A program made the position numbers and the translations under genes. The notes under the pieces were generated by a model, which worked only from the letters and a program-made list of their open reading frames with translations, searched no databases and was not told where the DNA came from. 13,739 nucleotides of DNA from Chthonomonadales bacterium (GTDB lineage Bacteria > Armatimonadota > Chthonomonadetes > Chthonomonadales > Chthonomonadaceae), in NCBI GenBank assembly GCA_038217285.1, contig JBBQPO010000163.1:1-13739 (forward strand). The letters run 5' to 3'. How positions within the stretch are numbered: the stretch's first letter is position 1; every line of letters begins with the position of its first letter. This document shows, piece after piece, positions 1-7,384 of the stretch.

Positions 1-1402
1 CCGAATCAATGCCGGAAGGCCGCTGGTCCACGACCAAGAGGGTGACGTTGTACTTACGTAGCTCGCGGGCGATGATGCCGAAGGTGGTCTGGTGGGCGAG
101 GTGCGGGGACAAGAACTTGTGCGCCTCCTCGATGGTGATGACCAGAGGCTGCGGCTTCGGCCCGCTCTGACTCAGGTAACGTTCGGTATCTTCGACATAG
201 ATGCTGTGCAGACGCCGCGTGAGGATATTGACGACGAGCATATACTGCACAGGCCGATCGTTCTGCCCGAATTCGAGAACGACATGGCGGCCGGAACGGA
301 GCGTGTTCAGGATCTTGTCCACCGCATCGTCTTCCGGGGCGATGTCGGGGACGAGAAAGTCCTGGCACTGTTCGGTCAAGGTCAGCAGTTTGCGCTGTAG
401 CGCGGACAGCTCCCCCTGATGAGCATTGTTCTCTCCGACGAACTCCTTGATGTCTTCGACGCTCATGTCCAGAAACTGTTGCAGCCAGGTTTTCTGCTTG
501 AACTTGCGCACGAGCAGATAACAGGTCTCCAGGGCCGTGGCGTTGAGGTTCAGCTCCCGCTGCAGCAGCAGGATGTCCTCGACCGTGATCTGGCTATAGG
601 GAATACGAATCTCCTCATCGAACGGCACCTGACGCCGTCGGGACGAGGCTGGATCGAGGGTGAAGATCTGGACACGACTGCGGAAATACTGTTTCAGACC
701 CCGCACGGAACTTCGCCCTGTCTGCTCGGTCGTTCCCTGCCAGCCGTACTCGCTGTGCATGTCGAAAATGAGATTGACGGCTTTCTCCGCCTTGATGACT
801 CCGCACAGACAGAGCCGCGTCAAAAACGTCTTGCCGGTCCCGGACTTGCCGAAAATGGCGTTGGAGCGCTCCACCCACCGGTCGAGATTGAGGCAGACCG
901 GCGTCTCCATGTCGAGGGGCGTGCCGACATGGAAAAATTTCGGGTCGCGCCGTTCGTCCCCAAAGATATGGCCGACATCCTCCCGATTCGCCTCGCAGAC
1001 GGGGCTGAAGTGGGTGGGAACGGTCTTCACCGGCAGCAGCGACTCCTCGTCGCCTGCCACGGCGTCGTTGGGAACCATCAGCATCGGGCGCAGCTTGACG
1101 TTGCCGAAGGTGCTGGTCCCGCTCAGAACCGCGCGGCTCAAGGTTTCGTCCGGACGCGGCGGACGGAGCAGGACACCGGGGTGGGAGGCCGCCAACTGGA
1201 CATCGCTCACGATGCCGAAAAAGCGGTTACGCTCCCCCTGTGTCACTACGAATTTGCCGACACGCAGCTCCTCGACGCTCACGCCTTCGTGCAGGCGCAT
1301 CTCGAGTCCGTCGGCCAACGAACCGCGTACGATCACCCCGAGTTCTTTACCCGGTGGCTCGACAGCCTCCGGCGGCTCGTTTCTAACGCTTTTATCGCGC
1401 AA
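1..1402 (-). CDS. herA: HerA-family helicase/ATPase (HAS-barrel + DUF87-like), 3' end runs off the window
   Basis: Translated by hand (absent from the ORF track because no stop lies in the window). TTG start at 1402 with AGAGGGA upstream. N-terminus ELGVIVRGSLADGLEMRLHEGVSVEELRVGKFVV resembles the HAS barrel of cyanobacterial-type HerA. Walker A GKSGTGKT at 850-827, IFDMHSEYG motif, Walker B LVITIEEAHKF (EEAH 130-119), then ARELRKYNVTLLVVDQRPS, all in one frame. Confidence 0.9.
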   Translation of the reverse strand, partial: MRDKSVRNEPPEAVEPPGKELGVIVRGSLADGLEMRLHEGVSVEELRVGKFVVTQGERNRFFGIVSDVQLAASHPGVLLRPPRPDETLSRAVLSGTSTFGNVKLRPMLMVPNDAVAGDEESLLPVKTVPTHFSPVCEANREDVGHIFGDERRDPKFFHVGTPLDMETPVCLNLDRWVERSNAIFGKSGTGKTFLTRLCLCGVIKAEKAVNLIFDMHSEYGWQGTTEQTGRSSVRGLKQYFRSRVQIFTLDPASSRRRQVPFDEEIRIPYSQITVEDILLLQRELNLNATALETCYLLVRKFKQKTWLQQFLDMSVEDIKEFVGENNAHQGELSALQRKLLTLTEQCQDFLVPDIAPEDDAVDKILNTLRSGRHVVLEFGQNDRPVQYMLVVNILTRRLHSIYVEDTERYLSQSGPKPQPLVITIEEAHKFLSPHLAHQTTFGIIARELRKYNVTLLVVDQRPSGIDS

Positions 1403-1445
1403 CGGTTCCCTCTTTTTCCGGTCATCTCTCGCAGAGCTATGCCCC

Positions 1446-1475
1446 ATTATAACCCTGCGACAGGAATCGCGTCAA
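1446..1475 (-). promoter_or_regulatory. sigma70/SigA-type promoter for herA
   Basis: Minus strand TTGACG (1475-1470), 18-nt spacer, perfect TATAAT (1451-1446), 43 nt upstream of the herA start. Confidence 0.75.
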
Positions 1476-1490
1476 TGCTGACGCCAAATA

Positions 1491-1519
1491 GGAGGATTTT
1501 GACGGGATAAGCCGAATCT
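1491..1519 (+). promoter_or_regulatory. SigH-like promoter upstream of the glcE-like/hen1 genes
   Basis: GGAGGATTT (1491-1499), N11, GCCGAATCT (1511-1519), close to the Bacillus SigH consensus RNAGGAWWW-N11/12-RNNGAATWW. The GTG start is 6 nt further on with no good Shine-Dalgarno (SD) sequence. Confidence 0.5.
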
Positions 1520-1525
1520 AAGGGC

Positions 1526-2797
1526 GTGAATATCGAGAATTTGCTTCAACAACTGGCGGGCATCGTGGGGCACGACGGCATCGATTCGACGGCTCCCGCG
1601 ACCACTACACTGAGCGACTGCCGTCCCGCTCTCGCCGCCGTCGCGCCGGCTTCCAGCGGCGATGTGATCGCGATTGTAAGGGCTGTGGAGGCCGTCGGAG
1701 TCGCGCTCATCGCCTGCGGCGGCGGCACGGAGATCGGGACCGGTTATCCACCGCCGCTGGATCGACCCTATCTGCTCCTGCACTCCTCGCGCCTCGACCG
1801 GATCACCGATTTTCAACCGGATGATCTGACGGTGACCGCCGAACCCGGCGTCACGCTGGCGGCGCTGCAACAGCATGTCGCCGTGCGCCGCCTCTTTCTG
1901 GCGCTCGATGTGCCACTGGCGCAGCAGGCGACCCTCGGGGGAATCGTCGCCGCCGCCACCTCGGGCTTCTGGCGACCGGCCTACGGCGCGCCGCGCGATC
2001 TGCTCATCGGCTTGCGGGCGGTGATGACGGGCGGCGTTGAAGTCAAGGGCGGCGGTAAGGTCGTCAAGAACGTCGCTGGCTACGATCTCTGCAAGCTGTT
2101 TACCGGCGCAAGGGGAACGCTGGGCTTTTTGACCGAGCTCACCTTTAAGCTGCGCCCACTGCCGGAAGCGGACCGGACGCTGGCCTGGAACGCCCCGGAT
2201 CTGGGGGAGGCGGTCCGACTCGGCCTGGAACTCCAGCAGGCGCAACTCGCTCCCACGTTTATTGTGGCCACCAATGAGCCGGAGGGAATCCCACGTCTGG
2301 TCATTGGACTCCAGGGGATCGCGGTACGCGTGGAGTGGCAGGTCAACGAGTTCTCCCGCCGCATCTCAGCCGCCCGATGGAACTCTCTGCCGAACGTGTT
2401 GCCGCCGCCAGAACTGACGGCTCTGCGGGACCGGCTTGCAAGCCCAGGGCCGCCGGGATCGTTCGCACTGCGCGTCGCCGTGCTGCCTTCTCAGCTTCCC
2501 GACCTCGTCTCCGCCCTCGCAGAGTCGCCGGAAATCCGAGCCACGGTGCACTGCGCCTCGGGAATCGTCTCCCTCGCTGCCAACGAAGCCGCCGCCGATA
2601 CTGTCAGCAAGGTGAAGACACTCCTCCCGAAGGACGCCAATGTGGTCTGGACACGCCTGGACACCGCTATCGCCGAGCAGCAGAACATCGCTCTCTTCGG
2701 CGAAACGCGGGCCGAGTTCAGCCTGCACCGCGCGCTGAAACAGTCGCTCGACCCGCAAGGCACGTTCAGCCCCGGTCGCTTCCTCGGCAAACTGTGA
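1526..2797 (+). CDS. glcE: FAD-binding oxidoreductase, glycolate oxidase GlcE-like subunit
   Basis: PCMH-type FAD-binding motifs: CGGGT, DFQPDDLTVTAEPGVTLAALQ, ATLGGIVA, YGAPRDLLIG, GGKVVKNVAGYDLCKLFTGARGTLG. C-terminal LKQSLDPQGTFSPGR. No GlcD-type C-terminal EHG motif is visible. Confidence 0.75.
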   Translation: MNIENLLQQLAGIVGHDGIDSTAPATTTLSDCRPALAAVAPASSGDVIAIVRAVEAVGVALIACGGGTEIGTGYPPPLDRPYLLLHSSRLDRITDFQPDDLTVTAEPGVTLAALQQHVAVRRLFLALDVPLAQQATLGGIVAAATSGFWRPAYGAPRDLLIGLRAVMTGGVEVKGGGKVVKNVAGYDLCKLFTGARGTLGFLTELTFKLRPLPEADRTLAWNAPDLGEAVRLGLELQQAQLAPTFIVATNEPEGIPRLVIGLQGIAVRVEWQVNEFSRRISAARWNSLPNVLPPPELTALRDRLASPGPPGSFALRVAVLPSQLPDLVSALAESPEIRATVHCASGIVSLAANEAAADTVSKVKTLLPKDANVVWTRLDTAIAEQQNIALFGETRAEFSLHRALKQSLDPQGTFSPGRFLGKL

Positions 2798-2813
2798 GTA
2801 GTAGCGAGGCCCC

Positions 2814-4226
2814 ATGCTTCTGACCATCACCTGTACCGCGCCCAATGCCGACGATCTCGGCTACCTGCTGCATAAGAACCCTGCGAACGTGTTCGAGTCG
2901 GCGCTCGCGTTCGGCAAGGTGACCGTCTGCTGGCCGGAGTGCCGTGCCGACCGCTGCACCGTAGCGCTTTTGCTCGACGTAGACCCGGTCGGGCTGGTCC
3001 GCAACCGGCAGCGCACCCACACGCTGGAGCAGTACGTCAACGACCGACCGTATGTCGCGTCGAGCCTCCTCTGCGTCGCCCTTATCGAAGCCTTTAGCAC
3101 CGCTATGAACGGGCGGAGCCGGGAGCGGCCGGAGCGCGTCGCCGAAAAAATGCCCTTCGAGGTGCATATCGATGTCCTCCATGTCGCCAACGCCGCAGAG
3201 TTGATACCCCGCCTGTTCGAACCGCTCGGCTATACGGTCCAGCTCGAACGCCTGCCTCTCGACCCCCACTTTCCCACCTGGGGGGAATCGAGCGTGGTCC
3301 GGCTGACGCTGCTCGGCGCTCAGACCGTGCAGGATCTGCTCTCACATCTCTACGTGCTGATTCCCGTTCTCGACAACTCCAAGCACTATTTCGTCGGCGA
3401 GGATGAGGTGGAGAAACTGCTCAAGAAGGGCGAACGCTGGCTCCCTGCGCATCCGGAGTACGCGCTCATTGCCCGTCGGTATCTGAACTATCGTCAGGCG
3501 CGGGTGCGGGAGGCCGTCGAACGGATCGAGGCGCTTCAAGAGGATACGACCGTCGATCAGGATGAGCAGGATGCCGAGGCCGGAGTGCAGGAAGAGGCGG
3601 CGGAAGCGCCGCTGCGTCTCCACGAAGACCGCCTGCAGACGGCCGTGGAACAGGTTCGCAGCCTCTCTCCTCCCGCCGAGCGCGCGCTCGATCTTGGCTG
3701 CGGAGAGGGCCGCCTGGTCAAGATGCTGTTGGAAGAGCGCGGTCTGCGCGAGATCGTCGGAATCGACGTCTCCTCCTTCGCGCTCGATCGGGCGGCTCAG
3801 CGCCTGCACCTCGACACCCTTCCGCCCCGGCAGCGGGACCGTGTGCGCCTGCTGCATGGCTCCATCGTCTACCGGGACGATCGGTTCGCCGGGTTCGATG
3901 TCGCTCTCCTGATCGAGGTGATCGAGCATCTCGATGCAGCGCGTCTGACGGCTATGGAGGGGGTCGTCTTCGGCCATGCCCGGCCGCGTCGTGTCGTCAT
4001 CACCACGCCCAATGCCGAATACAACCGGAAATGGCCAACGCTGCCGGCAGGTAAATTCCGCCACAACGATCATCGCTTCGAATGGACGCGCGAGGAGTTC
4101 CACGACTGGAGTACACGGGTAGGGCAGGAAAAAGGGTACACCGTGACATGGCAGGGGATCGGCCCGGAAGACTCCGAACTCGGCGCTCCCACGCAGATGG
4201 CGATTTTCGACCGCGCCCCTGTCTGA
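2814..4226 (+). CDS. hen1: Bacterial 3'-terminal RNA ribose 2'-O-methyltransferase Hen1
   Basis: Family-typical N-terminus MLLTITCT..DLGYLLHKNP, YVNDRPYVASS, HLYVLIPVLD..KHY, acidic linker, then a class I methyltransferase domain with LDLGCGEG, EVIEHLD, TTPNAEYN and FRHNDHRFEWTR. GAGG SD, 16 nt after the upstream stop. Confidence 0.95.
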   Translation: MLLTITCTAPNADDLGYLLHKNPANVFESALAFGKVTVCWPECRADRCTVALLLDVDPVGLVRNRQRTHTLEQYVNDRPYVASSLLCVALIEAFSTAMNGRSRERPERVAEKMPFEVHIDVLHVANAAELIPRLFEPLGYTVQLERLPLDPHFPTWGESSVVRLTLLGAQTVQDLLSHLYVLIPVLDNSKHYFVGEDEVEKLLKKGERWLPAHPEYALIARRYLNYRQARVREAVERIEALQEDTTVDQDEQDAEAGVQEEAAEAPLRLHEDRLQTAVEQVRSLSPPAERALDLGCGEGRLVKMLLEERGLREIVGIDVSSFALDRAAQRLHLDTLPPRQRDRVRLLHGSIVYRDDRFAGFDVALLIEVIEHLDAARLTAMEGVVFGHARPRRVVITTPNAEYNRKWPTLPAGKFRHNDHRFEWTREEFHDWSTRVGQEKGYTVTWQGIGPEDSELGAPTQMAIFDRAPV

Positions 4227-4258
4227 ACCCCGATCAATGACCGGATAACGAACGCAAT

Positions 4259-4279
4259 TCAGAACTGGAACAGTTTTGA
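4259..4279. promoter_or_regulatory. Imperfect palindrome; candidate enhancer (UAS) for a sigma54 activator, or a weak hairpin after hen1
   Basis: TCAGAACTG-GAA-CAGTTTTGA (8 of 9 pairs), about 100 nt upstream of the predicted sigma54 start site. Confidence 0.35.
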
Positions 4280-4342
4280 TCAGGAAAGCCGGGGTGACTA
4301 TTCCATGCCTCTTTTTGCTCCTGATTTCTTGATTCGCTCGGG

Positions 4343-4359
4343 TTGGCACGTTTTGTGCA
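4343..4359 (+). promoter_or_regulatory. sigma54 (RpoN) -24/-12 promoter upstream of ugd
   Basis: TTGGCACGTTTTGTGCA: GG (4345-4346), N10, GC (4357-4358) with a perfect TGGCACG -24 box, in an AT-rich intergenic region. Confidence 0.7.
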
Positions 4360-4433
4360 ATTTTAGCGGGTAGTACGACCGAGCCGTCTCGGCTTACCCA
4401 CTTTGATTTGGATACGGAAGGAAGTAACCTATA

Positions 4434-5744
4434 ATGAATATCTGCGTCATCGGAACCGGCTATGTCGGTCTCGTAACCGGATGCGTGTTCAGCGACCTCG
4501 GCAACGATGTGATCTGCGTCGATAAAAACCCTGAAAAGATCGCGATGCTCGAGCGCGGGGAGATGCCCATCTACGAGCCAGGGCTGGAAGAGATGGTCAA
4601 GCGCAACGTCGAAGACCGCCGCCTCTCCTTCACGCAGGATCTGCCTTTCGCGGTCGAGCACTCCGACGTCGTCTTCATCTGTGTGGGAACGCCTCCGCTG
4701 CCGAGCGGCGATCCAGATATGACCTACATTCAGGAAGTCGCCCAGGGGGTGGCCGGCGCCCTCAACCGCTACAAGGTCATCGTCACGAAATCGACCGTGC
4801 CCGTTGGCACCGGCAACATGGTGCGCGAGATCATCGAGACCAACCGCCGCCGCAACGTCGATTTCGATGTCGTCAGCAACCCGGAGTTTTTGCGGGAGGG
4901 CAGCGCCATCAAAGATACGCTGGAGCCGGATCGTATCGTGATTGGCGCGCCCAACCAGGTGGTGGCGATGAAGATCCTCGAACTCTATGCCCCGCTGGAG
5001 CGCCCGATGATTATCACCGATGTGGCGAGCGCGGAGATGATCAAGTACGCCTCCAACGCATTCCTCGCCACCAAGATCTCCTTCGCCAACAGCATCGCCA
5101 ACATCTGTGAGGCGGTCGGAGCGGATGTGATCCAGGTCATCAAAGGGATGGGGCTGGACAACCGGATCGGCTCGGCCTTCCTCAACGCCGGGCTCGGCTA
5201 TGGCGGATCCTGCTTCCCGAAGGACAGCAGCGCCCTGGCGCGCACGGCCGAGAAGAACGGCTACGAGTTCAAACTGCTGCAGGCCGTCATGGACGTCAAT
5301 AAGGAGCAGGCGGTGCGTTTCGTCGACCGCTTGCGGGTTTCGATCGGCGGCTCGTTCCAGGGCAAGACCATCGGTATTCTCGGGCTGGCCTTCAAGCCCA
5401 ACACCGACGATATGCGCGATGCCAAATCGGTCGAGATCATCACGACGCTACTGGCCGAGGGCGCGGATGTCAAGGCGTACGATCCCATCGCGATTGAGAA
5501 CACCCGGCCTCTCTTCCCGCAGATCTGCTTTGCCCGCAACGCCTACGAAGCGGCGGAAGAGGTCGATGCGCTGGTGGTGGTCACGGAGTGGAACGAATTC
5601 AAGCAACTCAATATGGAGCGCGTGAAATCGTCGATGAAGACCCCACTGCTTTTCGACGGACGCAACATCTACGATCCCCTGAAAATGCGCCGCCTTGGTT
5701 TCGACTATCACGGTATAGGACGCACCACCGCGCCGCTCAAATAG
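4434..5744 (+). CDS. ugd: UDP-glucose 6-dehydrogenase (UDP-glucose/GDP-mannose dehydrogenase family)
   Basis: Rossmann GTGYVG, ICVGTP, KSTVPVGT, NPEFLREG, KYASNAFLA, catalytic GYGGSCFPKD, LAFKPNTDD, DGRNIY. GGAAGGA upstream. Confidence 0.95.
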   Translation: MNICVIGTGYVGLVTGCVFSDLGNDVICVDKNPEKIAMLERGEMPIYEPGLEEMVKRNVEDRRLSFTQDLPFAVEHSDVVFICVGTPPLPSGDPDMTYIQEVAQGVAGALNRYKVIVTKSTVPVGTGNMVREIIETNRRRNVDFDVVSNPEFLREGSAIKDTLEPDRIVIGAPNQVVAMKILELYAPLERPMIITDVASAEMIKYASNAFLATKISFANSIANICEAVGADVIQVIKGMGLDNRIGSAFLNAGLGYGGSCFPKDSSALARTAEKNGYEFKLLQAVMDVNKEQAVRFVDRLRVSIGGSFQGKTIGILGLAFKPNTDDMRDAKSVEIITTLLAEGADVKAYDPIAIENTRPLFPQICFARNAYEAAEEVDALVVVTEWNEFKQLNMERVKSSMKTPLLFDGRNIYDPLKMRRLGFDYHGIGRTTAPLK

Positions 5745-5767
5745 GCGGCCCGCGGAGCCCGCGACGA

Positions 5768-5801
5768 CGCGTCTCCCCTCGTCACTTTTGGGGGAGGCGC
5801 G
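5768..5801 (+). terminator. GC-rich hairpin after ugd, possible terminator or mRNA-stabilising stem
   Basis: CGCGTCTCCCC (5768-5778) pairs with GGGGAGGCGCG (5791-5801): 11 bp with one G-U pair and a 12-nt loop. No clear U-tract follows. Confidence 0.4.
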
Positions 5802-5833
5802 CTTCGCAAACGAAAGGGAAATCAGGCTCCGTA

Positions 5834-5842
5834 TGGTATACT
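5834..5842 (+). promoter_or_regulatory. Extended -10 promoter element for the lolA-like operon
   Basis: TGGTATACT (TGn + TATACT), identical to the element at 13111-13119. No recognisable -35 box. Confidence 0.55.
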
Positions 5843-5936
5843 ACACTGTTTGTCCAGGTGCGGCGTACCTTCGGCTGCCCGTGACGTAGGATAAACGGCA
5901 GCCGCCCTGAGCGGCAACGTCAATAAGGAGACCCTC

Positions 5937-6731
5937 ATGTCGAATCGGAAATTCGTCGTGCATTGGACAACAAATCTGACAGGGAAGCCTGTCATTTACT
6001 TTGCCACGACCCTGGCCCTCGCCTGCACCGTCCTCGCCCCGGTAACCGCGCGCGCGCAGTCTGCCAGCGAAGTTTACAAAAAGATGTCGGATGTCTATTC
6101 CTTCGCGAAATCTTATCAGGGAACGATCGTTCGTACAGAAAAGGGCACGACCCCGGAAGGCAAAGTGGCCACTCAGGCCGTCACAGTCAAGATCAACTTT
6201 AAAGGCCCCAACAAGTATCTCGTGAATAATATGAAGTCTATAACGGTCGGCGGTAAGAGCCAGCAAACCACGCAGATTATGGTCACCGATGGTAAAACGC
6301 TGCTCATGTATTCGCCGGACAAGAAAGTTTACCAGCGGGGACAGATTCAGAATGAAAATATGCTCAGTCGCTTTTTCGCGCTGCTGAATCCCGTCAATGG
6401 TTTCTCCTTGCTGCCCGAATCGAAGGTGGACGGTCGGAGCGTTTTCGTACTCAAGCCCAATATGCCGACCACGGGTACGCCGGAACAACTGGCCAACGCC
6501 AAAAAGGTCAAGATTACTATCATGGTCGACAAACAGACCTTCCAATTCGTCAAAATGACGATTGCCGGCGCTACGGGCAGCCTGATCCAGTCGGCAAGCA
6601 ACCAGACGGTGAACGGTAATATTCCGGACAGTGTTTTTGTCTGGACGCCGCCAGCAAGTTACAAAGAGCTCAAGGCGCCCGGCTCTCCGGGCGGCGGCCC
6701 TACGATGCCTGGTAAAGCGCTGGGTCGTTGA
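5937..6731 (+). CDS. Exported LolA-like / DUF2092-like carrier-fold protein
   Basis: Strong SD TAAGGAG. Signal peptide ending ARA|QSA. LolA-fold-like motifs KINFKGPNKY, IMVTDGKTLLMYSPDKKVY, IMVDKQT and NGNIPDSVFVWTPP. Lys-rich, with a Pro/Gly tail. Confidence 0.75.
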   Translation: MSNRKFVVHWTTNLTGKPVIYFATTLALACTVLAPVTARAQSASEVYKKMSDVYSFAKSYQGTIVRTEKGTTPEGKVATQAVTVKINFKGPNKYLVNNMKSITVGGKSQQTTQIMVTDGKTLLMYSPDKKVYQRGQIQNENMLSRFFALLNPVNGFSLLPESKVDGRSVFVLKPNMPTTGTPEQLANAKKVKITIMVDKQTFQFVKMTIAGATGSLIQSASNQTVNGNIPDSVFVWTPPASYKELKAPGSPGGGPTMPGKALGR

Positions 6732-7384
6732 GTTCGTCCGGTTCTCGTCGGCTCTATCTTGTGCGCCACGGAGTCACCGAATGGAACCAGACCGGTCGGA
6801 TGCAGGGCCAGACCGATGTGCCGTTGGGGGACGCCGGTAAGGCCCAGGCCGCCCGGATCGGGGCGAGAATGGCTCGCATGGCACTGCCTCCGCAAGTCGT
6901 CTGGTCAAGTGACCTCATCCGTGCCAGAACGACCGCAGAGGCCATTGCCACGCCTCTCGGGCTTGCGGTCAGGACCCTGCCGGAACTTCGGGAGATAAAG
7001 TTCGGGGAGTGGGAAGGGCTGACGGTCGCAGAAATACAGGCACGCGGAGACGGGGATCTTCTGGCGAACTACCGCCTCGATCCCTTCCACCATCGTCCGC
7101 CCGGTGCGGAGACGCTGCAAGAGGTCTGGAACCGGATGATTGCCGCAGCGGCGATCGTTCGGTCCGAGAGCGGTGATGCGGAGCGTGTCGCTATCGTCGG
7201 GCACGGAGGCAGCCTGCGCGTCTTGATCTGCGATGCGCTCGAAGCTCCGATCACGTCGATGCGACACCTCTTCTTCGAGAATGCCTCGCTGAGTATCATC
7301 GAAGAGAAGAACTTTCCAACGAGCCTGTTTCGGCGTCTGCTGCTCTTCAACGATACCCTGCATCTGGAAGACCCTTCACTGTGA
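6728..7384 (+). CDS. Histidine phosphatase superfamily protein (CobC/PspA/GpmB-like)
   Basis: LYLVRHG catalytic motif, SSDLIRA, LREIKFGEWEG, VGHGG and C-terminal FNDTLHL. TTG start overlaps the upstream TGA (TTGA). Confidence 0.9.
   Translation: MSSSGSRRLYLVRHGVTEWNQTGRMQGQTDVPLGDAGKAQAARIGARMARMALPPQVVWSSDLIRARTTAEAIATPLGLAVRTLPELREIKFGEWEGLTVAEIQARGDGDLLANYRLDPFHHRPPGAETLQEVWNRMIAAAAIVRSESGDAERVAIVGHGGSLRVLICDALEAPITSMRHLFFENASLSIIEEKNFPTSLFRRLLLFNDTLHLEDPSL

Noticed and set aside
92..1510. Long plus-strand ORFs 92-400, 419-1510 and 660-1481
   Set aside because: Antisense shadows of the minus-strand HerA gene, which carries clear Walker A/B motifs. They have no recognisable motifs of their own.
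1490..1510. AGGAGG as an SD for a TTG-ACG-GGA-TAA mini-ORF or for the glcE-like gene
   Set aside because: Only 3 nt from the TTG and 30 nt from GTG 1526. Better explained as part of a SigH-like -35 element.
4227..4433. Possible pnkp remnant after hen1
   Set aside because: No ORF or kinase P-loop-like trace. The region reads as promoter DNA.
1472..4661. Minus-strand ORFs 1472-2245, 2766-3269 and 3342-4661
   Set aside because: Antisense to well-supported genes (glcE-like, hen1, ugd), as is typical of high-GC DNA.
6012..6026. LALAC as a lipobox in the LolA-like protein
   Set aside because: The -3/-2 residues (A, L) do not fit [LVI][ASTVI][GAS]C, and a good SPase I site (ARA|Q) follows.
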